A DNA stretch of 16,212 nt from Candidatus Woesearchaeota archaeon (GTDB taxonomy: Archaea > Nanobdellota > Nanobdellia > SCGC-AAA011-G17 > GW2011-AR18). The stretch covers positions 1-16,212 of the forward strand of contig CAYJQZ010000009.1 in the NCBI GenBank assembly GCA_964372555.1, written 5' to 3'. A program made the position numbers and the translations under genes. Below are positions 7,654-14,381 of the stretch, piece after piece. The stretch's first letter is position 1, and each line of letters starts with the position of its first letter. Below the pieces are notes generated by a model. It ran no database searches and was not told where the DNA came from. It saw nothing but the letters and a program-made list of their open reading frames with translations.

Positions 7654-7654
7654 T

Positions 7655-8128
7655 TTATATTATACTTAATATTTTTGCTGTATAAAATATATCTAATGCA
7701 ATTATTATATAGAATATAAAGAATTCTAATGTTGCGCCCGTTGTCATTGGACCTTGAATTCTGAATGTGGATACTGGATGCAAGAAATTTATACCTTCTT
7801 TTGTTACTGCATCACCAAGTAAGTGTGCTATATATCCAATAGCTACTGTTAGTGCTAAAAAATTAAGATTGAAGTAACTTAATCCAAAAAAAAGTATGAA
7901 AACTGGAAATATTGAATGAAAAAATCCTCTATGTTTAAATATCCATGATATTGGTATTGATATGAAGAAGAATTTTCTTCCTATTTTGCTTTTAGGATGG
8001 TCTATGTCTGGTAAAGAACTAAATATTGTTACTAAAAATACAAATAGAAATGGAAAACTAACCTTAAATATACTTAATGATAATAATCCAATTAGAAATC
8101 CAAAAGCTAGATGTGTTTTAAACAGCAT
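7655..8128 (-). CDS. Membrane-bound metal-dependent hydrolase, YdjM/DUF457 family
   Basis: Contains LPDIDHP, HRGFFHS and HLLGD motifs between TM helices. Confidence 0.75.
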   Translation of the reverse strand: MLFKTHLAFGFLIGLLSLSIFKVSFPFLFVFLVTIFSSLPDIDHPKSKIGRKFFFISIPISWIFKHRGFFHSIFPVFILFFGLSYFNLNFLALTVAIGYIAHLLGDAVTKEGINFLHPVSTFRIQGPMTTGATLEFFIFYIIIALDIFYTAKILSII

Positions 8129-8129
8129 T

Positions 8130-9080
8130 TTACATATTTTCTATTTCTGCTATTAGTGCTTCTGGTTTTGGTTCTTCTAAATTATTAACAACCAATTCTA
8201 TTCTGTTGAACATTTCATTTTTTGTAACCTTACCACGAAGAAGCAACTGTTTGCCTAGAACCTCTTTTTTTATATCTTCGAAATTTTCTTTGTTTGATAG
8301 TAATTTGGTTGCTTGATCTCTAAATAAAACTGCTCTTATATTCCCAGTACCGTCGTCAAAGAAGATATTTACTATTGGTACTTGTTTAGGCGGTACATTG
8401 CCATGTTCTTGGCAATTGAAAATTTCTCCCTGCTGGAATACTTTCCTATTGCATACTGGACACGCGTTATAATGTTTTGGTTCAAATATTTGAACCACTG
8501 TACCTAAAATTTCTACAAATTCTTCTTCATTTAAATCTTTAATTTGTTTTCTTTTTGTTGTGTTTAACTTAACTTCACCAATTGTTTCGTTCTCAGGATT
8601 TATTATTAATTGGGATTTACTTCCTAAATGTAGTTCTTTGAAGCCATTATTATTTTGTTTTGAATAAGCATTATTTACTTTTACTATGTCTCCTTCTTTA
8701 ATTTCTTTAGTTAAATCAATAAGTTTTTCATCCCAAATTACTATTCTTATTGATCCGGTTTCATCCCCCATAAATAATGAACCAATTCTGCCTTGTTTAT
8801 CCTTTTTTTGAAAAGATTTAATTTCATTCACATTTATTACCTTACCAAGAACATTCACAGAATTTAGGCCTACTTCTACTTGCTTTATCTTTAAGGTTTT
8901 ATTTGTTCCATCAAATAATTTTACGTTCAATTCATTTGCAACTATGTGTGCTGCACCTTCTTTAGATATTAAGTCTTGTAGTTCTATTAACTTTTTATTT
9001 ATTTTCTCTTCTATATCTTGTTTAGAAAGTCCTGTTGTCTCTACAATTTTGTTTATGATTGTGTTGTAACCAAGAATCAT
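8130..9080 (-). CDS. Replication protein A (archaeal ssDNA-binding protein, two OB folds plus a Zn finger)
   Basis: N-terminal helical domain (LISKEGAAHIVANELNV). OB fold 1 (VNVLGKVINV...GRIGSLFMGDETGSIRIVIWD). OB fold 2 is interrupted by CPVCNRKV-x10-CQEHG (a C-x2-C...C-x2-H zinc ribbon), followed by FFDDGTGNIRAVLFRD. Confidence 0.85.
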   Translation of the reverse strand: MILGYNTIINKIVETTGLSKQDIEEKINKKLIELQDLISKEGAAHIVANELNVKLFDGTNKTLKIKQVEVGLNSVNVLGKVINVNEIKSFQKKDKQGRIGSLFMGDETGSIRIVIWDEKLIDLTKEIKEGDIVKVNNAYSKQNNNGFKELHLGSKSQLIINPENETIGEVKLNTTKRKQIKDLNEEEFVEILGTVVQIFEPKHYNACPVCNRKVFQQGEIFNCQEHGNVPPKQVPIVNIFFDDGTGNIRAVLFRDQATKLLSNKENFEDIKKEVLGKQLLLRGKVTKNEMFNRIELVVNNLEEPKPEALIAEIENM

Positions 9081-9099
9081 GTTATTCCTAATTTTAATT

Positions 9100-9107
9100 T
9101 ATATAAA
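9100..9107 (-). promoter_or_regulatory. TATA box (TTTATATA) for the RPA-YdjM-PAP2 operon
   Basis: It lies in the 36-nt gap between the stop of the upstream gene (9117) and the RPA ATG (9080), with 19 nt between the box and the ATG. Confidence 0.4.
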
Positions 9108-9116
9108 AAGGTTTTG

Positions 9117-10634
9117 TTATGCATAGTTCGGCGTAACTGTTGCAGATGCACTAGCCATAGTATCTTCACTAAAGTAACATTTATTTGCTTGTTTTGCTTG
9201 GTCATAACCAGCAGAGAGGTATTCATAATGCCACCATTCTCTTCCGTAATTTGCCCAGCCTGCTCTGCACATTATATTACGCAAGTCTCTTATGTCTTGT
9301 TGCGAAGTTCCTTTTTTAAGCTGTACATCTAAAGCACGTCCAGAAACATGCCTACATACAGAATAACGAGGTAAGTCTTCTATAATTGCTAAAGTATTTA
9401 GATCATTTTGTGAAAGCCAATTTCTTGCAGCTTCTATGCGCTGTTGCGTTGTGCCTTCTACGTTTGGTACTCTTTTTTCTAATTCGTATTTATCTTCTAT
9501 TCCAATAGGGCCACATGCTTCAACTCTTCCTGCTAAAAATGCTAAGAATGCGTTACGTTGTGATTCTGATGAACGCGCTGCATCGTTAATTATTATATGT
9601 TGAGATGGATTTGATATAACTTGCCTTATCCTTTCTATCTGCCCAACACTTTCTTGTTTGGCGCAACATGTTGATTTTAAACATTTAACTTCTTCATCTT
9701 GTGGTATTGGAATTAGGCTTTCAGCTAAACCTCTGCATTGGCCTGATGTTGCTATGGCTGTTTCTTCTATAATATTTTCTTCTGCATTAGAATAAAACAA
9801 TTCTTCTTCATAATCATATGTTTCTGTATCTTGATATTCTGGTATTGGTTGTGATGGATTAAATGCTAATTTTATATTCCCTTTGTTTGTCTCTAAGTCT
9901 ACTTTAATTAATTCACCAGACCTAACTATATTTATTGTTGGGAAATATTGTGTTAGTTTAGATTGACATTCACTAAATTCTTTATCTATACAATTTTCTT
10001 GTATCGTGTAGTACAAGTCTCTATATACTGAAAGTGGCGGTCTTGTTGTGCTTGTTAATGGTTTCATAACTAAAACAGAACCTTCTGCGCTTTCTACCGG
10101 TAAGTTTACATCTGATAATGTAATTATTAATTTACTGCCAGAGAATTCTGTATTTATTATATTAGAATTGTTTACATTTTCTGTATATATTTGAGCATAT
10201 TTAATTTGGGTTTCTGGGTTCTCCATATTTAGATCATTTTTATAATCTAGCTGTGTGTATTTACTTTCATATTTATTTATTTTATTTTTAAATTTATTTT
10301 TGAATTGTGATATAAACTCTTGGCTTGGATTTAACACTGGGCATGAATTCCATAATACATAGCCATCTCCTGTTTTTTCGCATCTATTGTTTTCAGAATA
10401 GCCGCCATTGTTTGCTAATGTTTCCCAAGTTTCTTTAGAAGCATATTTTGCAGATAGATCTAAATAAATGTTTATTTTCTCAGATTCATCATAATTCTTA
10501 ATTAAATTTACTGCTCTTAATCCAACTAGGTCTTGTTTGTTTGCTTCCGTTGTACTTATTATGTAAAATAATACAGAGAGTATTACTGCTGTGAATATTA
10601 CGAATATTGGTAAGAAAACTCCTTTTTTATTCAT
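9117..10634 (-). CDS. Class III signal peptide (pilin-like) protein with a C-terminal M15 VanY-like / LAS zinc D-Ala-D-Ala-type peptidase domain
   Basis: Start set at the ATG at 10634 (MNKKGVFLPIFVIFTAVILSVLFYII), which has GAGGA 9 nt upstream. The track start at 10679 is a TTG inside the previous gene. C-terminal motifs are NDAARSSESQRNAF, then CRHVSGRALDV (HxxGxAxD, His codon at 9348-9350), then REWWHYEY (ExxH). Confidence 0.8.
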   Translation of the reverse strand: MNKKGVFLPIFVIFTAVILSVLFYIISTTEANKQDLVGLRAVNLIKNYDESEKINIYLDLSAKYASKETWETLANNGGYSENNRCEKTGDGYVLWNSCPVLNPSQEFISQFKNKFKNKINKYESKYTQLDYKNDLNMENPETQIKYAQIYTENVNNSNIINTEFSGSKLIITLSDVNLPVESAEGSVLVMKPLTSTTRPPLSVYRDLYYTIQENCIDKEFSECQSKLTQYFPTINIVRSGELIKVDLETNKGNIKLAFNPSQPIPEYQDTETYDYEEELFYSNAEENIIEETAIATSGQCRGLAESLIPIPQDEEVKCLKSTCCAKQESVGQIERIRQVISNPSQHIIINDAARSSESQRNAFLAFLAGRVEACGPIGIEDKYELEKRVPNVEGTTQQRIEAARNWLSQNDLNTLAIIEDLPRYSVCRHVSGRALDVQLKKGTSQQDIRDLRNIMCRAGWANYGREWWHYEYLSAGYDQAKQANKCYFSEDTMASASATVTPNYA

Positions 10635-11215
10635 TATATTTTCCTCAGTGCTATGTCTGCTCTTTCTATATTTGTACAATCAAAACAACCAAAGTACATG
10701 GTTACTGTTGCTGTTTCTCCGTTCTCTAGCGGAATAGACATAGATTGAGCTAAATGGCTGTAACTTCCTACCTCAAATACTTCTGGTTCTCCAAGACGCA
10801 AGAAATTATTTTGCCCTATCTTTATATTAAAGTTCCATGTTGCTTCTTTGCTCTTTCTTGTTGCTTCGCTTGTAGCAATTATGCTTGCTGGTTGTCCTTC
10901 TACAACTGGTAATTTGCTTAATAATGTTTTGAGCTCTTCATTTAATTCATCTTTATAATTTTCATCTTTGTAAGCCAATGATATTAATTCTCCTACTGTT
11001 AATGCATTGTTATTTTGTTGTATTGACGTTGGTGACCTAATAATTGCGTTTAATTCTGAACTAGAACTGTATGCTTCTGGTCTTATAACTAAATTTGGTG
11101 ATTGCTTAATTCCTATCACAAAAAAGATAGTGCCAAAAAAAATTAAGATGAGTACTAGCAAGACAACTGACTGAAAAAAATACAGTGGATAACTAATTCC
11201 TTTTTTATTAAACAA
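10634..11215 (-). CDS. Class III signal peptide (pilin-like) protein, unknown function
   Basis: TTG start at 11215 with AGGTGAT (a strong anti-16S match) 5 nt upstream. N-terminus is (M)FNKKGISYPLYFFQSVVLLVLILIFFGTIFFV. There is a C-terminal CFDC pair. It overlaps both neighbours. Confidence 0.7.
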   Translation of the reverse strand: MFNKKGISYPLYFFQSVVLLVLILIFFGTIFFVIGIKQSPNLVIRPEAYSSSSELNAIIRSPTSIQQNNNALTVGELISLAYKDENYKDELNEELKTLLSKLPVVEGQPASIIATSEATRKSKEATWNFNIKIGQNNFLRLGEPEVFEVGSYSHLAQSMSIPLENGETATVTMYFGCFDCTNIERADIALRKI

Positions 11216-11684
11216 GTTTTATCACCTGTGTAATCATGTGGCCAGTTTTTATTTCTCCATTTTGGAAGTATGAAACTAATTCTTTTCTTGTGAGACATTT
11301 GTATTTCTCTAAATTGCTACAGATTGGAAGATAGGATTCCTGACTAATATCTAGATTGCTTGCTGATGTTAATGTATTTCCGTCTATATCATCTACAAGA
11401 ATAACATAACCAAATCCCTCTTTTGAAAAACATCTGTTTAATGTATCAAAATTAATTTTTTGGATGTCTATAATCCCTAGATGTGTTCTAGTTCCGTCAT
11501 TGTAAGCTAAGCAAGAATCAGAATACATTAAGTTTCTAGTTAGTAAAAAAGTTTCGAGGCCTATAGTATCTATGTCTTCGTTTAAGTATCTTAATGTTAC
11601 TATTAAAATAAAGATTGCTACAACTATTACAATCATTAAGTTAACTGCTATCTTTACTATATCCAATATTCCTTTTTTATGCAT
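11208..11684 (-). CDS. Class III signal peptide (pilin-like) protein, unknown function
   Basis: N-terminus MHKKGILDIVKIAVNLMIVIVVAIFILIV. Four Cys in the extracellular part. It has 8-nt overlaps with both neighbours. Confidence 0.7.
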   Translation of the reverse strand: MHKKGILDIVKIAVNLMIVIVVAIFILIVTLRYLNEDIDTIGLETFLLTRNLMYSDSCLAYNDGTRTHLGIIDIQKINFDTLNRCFSKEGFGYVILVDDIDGNTLTSASNLDISQESYLPICSNLEKYKCLTRKELVSYFQNGEIKTGHMITQVIKLV

Positions 11685-12045
11685 TTTTTCTTATTTTTAT
11701 AACATTATTCTGTAATTTTTCTTCTGTAATTTCTATGAGGCTATTTCTTGCACAATGAAATGCTGCAGGTGTTCTTTTTTCTTCTATATAATTTGCTTTT
11801 ACTAAGCACACTTCTTTGTTTATGTCTATTTCAATGCCTTGCTTTGTATTATATTTGTATTCTAATTGGTGGGGTGCAGGTAATGCTGCATCTCTAAGAA
11901 ATGCATAGTCTCTTGATTCTACTCTTAAATTGTGGAGGTGATCGTCTTTTATTCTTGCTGTACCAGCGAGCAGAACTGCTGTTACTATTAAAAGAAAGAA
12001 TAATTCTGTTAATAGCTCTGTTGATATTAATAATCCTTTTTTCAT
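11677..12045 (-). CDS. Class III signal peptide (pilin-like) protein, unknown function
   Basis: Start set at the ATG at 12045 (MKKGLLISTELLTELFFLLIVTAVLLAG), 1 nt after the upstream stop. The track start at 12177 is a TTG inside the SLT gene. Two Cys are present. Confidence 0.65.
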   Translation of the reverse strand: MKKGLLISTELLTELFFLLIVTAVLLAGTARIKDDHLHNLRVESRDYAFLRDAALPAPHQLEYKYNTKQGIEIDINKEVCLVKANYIEEKRTPAAFHCARNSLIEITEEKLQNNVIKIRKNA

Positions 12046-12046
12046 T

Positions 12047-13705
12047 TTATGATGCTGCCTGTAATTCATTATAATATCTTCTTGCAGTCGTAGCGTATGC
12101 TCTTGTTTCATTGCAACAATAATTATTATCATCAATAACGCCTGCCCTGCCCGGTCCTGCATTGTAGCCTGCTGCAATATTTTCTACTGTAAGCGGGATT
12201 CCTCTTCTTGCTAATATTTTTTTAATATAAACAATGTAATCTATTGCTGCGACTACTGCTTTTCTTTCATTAAATCTCTCATCATACAAAGCAAGCTGTG
12301 TTGTTGGTGTTGCACTTCTAAATCTATCAAGCGCTGCCCCATAATTTCTATCACATCCACTAGTAAATTGCACTCCCTGTCCTGTTCTTGGATCTGTTAC
12401 TGGATCTAATACTCTTAAACCAAGGCCTTTGCCTGTGGTTGGCATTATCTGCATTAACCCTGCAGCACCACAATGAGATACTGCATATGGATCCCAGGTA
12501 TTACCTGTCTCTATTTTTACTATAGAAATAACTAATGAGGGATCAACTCCCTTTTCTTCTGCTTTTTGTCTTATGAATGGCATTAGTTCTGACTGTAGTT
12601 CTGATAATGAACTTGGTGTTTGCGCTGCAGTTAATTTACTTATAGCAAAATTATTTGAGAAATCATTAAATGTTGCACTACAAATATATTCTGTTGCTAT
12701 TTCTATGCACCGCAATGGAACCTGTAGCCAGGTATTTCCTTTTTTGTAATAAAGACCTAGGTTTCTTTCTTGTTGCGGTAATTTGTCTACCTTTGTTTTT
12801 GATATTGCTAGTTCTATTTCTGCCCTGCTTACTAAATTTGGATCTATGCTATTGTGATTTTCTATATATCTCTCTGCTGCTTCGAAATTTTCTGCTGTTG
12901 GCTTTGATCCTAGTTCCATAAACTGCGGAGCAGGATAGAAATGACCTGGTTCTCTATTTGTTTCTGTTGTAGTTGTATCTGGCGGTACTGCTAGATCTAA
13001 ATCAAAAAGTGTTGTGAGGCCTTCAATATTAGGAACGCCTTCTGGAACTATAAAGCCTGCTTCTTTTACTTTTACAATTGGTATGTAAGATTTTATTCTA
13101 ATAGTTTCAAAGGTTACAGATAATTTATTTAACAATCCAGTTACGTCTACGGGAGTAACACCACTTCTAGTATAAACAATAGGTTTTGGTGCTTTTTCTC
13201 CTGTTGGACTATTTACTCTAATGGTTTTGTCATCCTTTACAAAACTAAGTACTGTGTATGTTTCTAGGTCTTCAGTAGAAAACTGTTCTGAATTTACTTC
13301 GTCAAAGTTTTTGAATTTATAACAATCATAGGGATCACATTCTACGTTGCCGGTTATTATATTTCTATCAATGTCACACAAACATATTGTTGCTTCTCTT
13401 GGTTGTACTCCTGGGTAGGGTATTTCATTTCCAACTTGCCTTAAACTAAAACTTACTATATTACAATCATTATTATAAAACAAGAACTGAGATGAAGGTG
13501 CACCAGAATCTAGATCCTTAAGTATTTCCTTTAAGCCATTACTACCATCCCAAGATTTACTATTTGAGCAACTTGCTTTATCTGGTAGTAGTATGTCTGA
13601 AAATATTGGTGCTTTCAATACAATTATAATTATTAATAATACAGCGACTATTAAACTAAAAAGTGCATATGTCTGTATATCTATTGACCCCTTTTTATTT
13701 TTCAT
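12047..13705 (-). CDS. Class III signal peptide (pilin-like) protein with a C-terminal SLT/GH23 lytic transglycosylase domain
   Basis: N-terminus MKNKKGSIDIQTYALFSLIVAVLLIIIIV. The C-terminal sequence VISIVKIETGNTWDPYAVSHCGAAGLMQIMPTT...AGYNAGPGR matches the SLT signature E[ST]-x5-P-x-A-x-S-x2-GA-x-GLMQ plus AYNAG. The catalytic Glu codon is at 12509-12511. Confidence 0.85.
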   Translation of the reverse strand: MKNKKGSIDIQTYALFSLIVAVLLIIIIVLKAPIFSDILLPDKASCSNSKSWDGSNGLKEILKDLDSGAPSSQFLFYNNDCNIVSFSLRQVGNEIPYPGVQPREATICLCDIDRNIITGNVECDPYDCYKFKNFDEVNSEQFSTEDLETYTVLSFVKDDKTIRVNSPTGEKAPKPIVYTRSGVTPVDVTGLLNKLSVTFETIRIKSYIPIVKVKEAGFIVPEGVPNIEGLTTLFDLDLAVPPDTTTTETNREPGHFYPAPQFMELGSKPTAENFEAAERYIENHNSIDPNLVSRAEIELAISKTKVDKLPQQERNLGLYYKKGNTWLQVPLRCIEIATEYICSATFNDFSNNFAISKLTAAQTPSSLSELQSELMPFIRQKAEEKGVDPSLVISIVKIETGNTWDPYAVSHCGAAGLMQIMPTTGKGLGLRVLDPVTDPRTGQGVQFTSGCDRNYGAALDRFRSATPTTQLALYDERFNERKAVVAAIDYIVYIKKILARRGIPLTVENIAAGYNAGPGRAGVIDDNNYCCNETRAYATTARRYYNELQAAS

Positions 13706-13744
13706 GTTATTTCAATTATTTAAGAATTAGTGGGTATTTATTTC

Positions 13745-13918
13745 TTATGGTGTTATATTTGATATTAATGCTGATCCTGTTTGTGCTTGGTCCCTTAAAT
13801 TAGAGCCAACTAAATTTCCATATTTTATAACGAAAAAAGCCACTAGGGCTAGGACAATTAAAATTAAAATCGCTATAACTAAGGTTTCAAGTGATAAAGA
13901 AACGGCTTTTTTATTCAT
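13745..13918 (-). CDS. Mini-pilin (57 aa) with a class III signal peptide
   Basis: Not in the track because it is under 60 aa. My translation is MNKKAVSLSLETLVIAILILIVLALVAFFVIKYGNLVGSNLRDQAQTGSALISNITP. Its ATG lies 1 nt after the upstream stop (TGAAATG). Confidence 0.6.
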   Translation of the reverse strand: MNKKAVSLSLETLVIAILILIVLALVAFFVIKYGNLVGSNLRDQAQTGSALISNITP

Positions 13919-13919
13919 T

Positions 13920-14327
13920 TCAACATTGGATACCAGAGCAGTCTACATTAAGACTTCCTGTTTGAGTTATGCCTCTTCTTCCATCATCTGCTGTCAATTC
14001 TGGATTAACACTGGGTGCACATGACATTCTCTTAGGTTTTGTTTCTGGGTTTGCATCATCATCAACTAAAAATGTTTGTTTACAATAACCTGATTCTTTT
14101 TGATTTGTAGAAGGCAGATTCCCTGCACTTTCACATAAACTAGTGCATGTTTGTATTGCTAAATCTTTTGCTTGGCCAGCACTGCCACCAAATAAATCTC
14201 TAACTTTCCCAACAATGCTACCAAAACCGCCTGCAAAGAAAGCAATTAGAATGACAAGCACAACTAAAACAATTATTGCTATAATAATAACATTCATCGG
14301 CATTCCTTGTGCTTTTTTGTTAAACAT
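13920..14327 (-). CDS. Pilin-like protein (135 aa) with a class III signal peptide and a Cys-rich C-terminal domain; candidate major subunit
   Basis: N-terminus MFNKKAQGMPMNVIIIAIIVLVVLVILIAFFAG. Six Cys in the globular part. It is the only gene inside the block with its own TATA box plus an SD-like AGGTG. Confidence 0.75.
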   Translation of the reverse strand: MFNKKAQGMPMNVIIIAIIVLVVLVILIAFFAGGFGSIVGKVRDLFGGSAGQAKDLAIQTCTSLCESAGNLPSTNQKESGYCKQTFLVDDDANPETKPKRMSCAPSVNPELTADDGRRGITQTGSLNVDCSGIQC

Positions 14328-14365
14328 TCATCACACCTTTTAATTAGTGATTATTATAATGTTTC

Positions 14366-14373
14366 TATATAAA
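14366..14373 (-). promoter_or_regulatory. Internal TATA box (TTTATATA), with a downstream AGGTGTGAT Shine-Dalgarno, for the 135-aa pilin-like gene
   Basis: It lies in the 54-nt gap between 14382 and 14327, 38 nt upstream of the ATG. That leaves a ~15-nt leader carrying GGTG, which is complementary to the 16S 3' end. Confidence 0.45.
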
Positions 14374-14381
14374 CCTTTTGG

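Noticed and set aside
10635-10679. Longer N-terminal versions of three track ORFs: 520 aa starting at 10679, 166 aa starting at 12177 and 108 aa starting at 3131
   Set aside because: All three begin at TTG codons located inside the preceding gene. The internal ATGs give the conserved MNKKG/MKKG pilin-like or MARMF aEF-1beta N-termini and the standard tight junctions.
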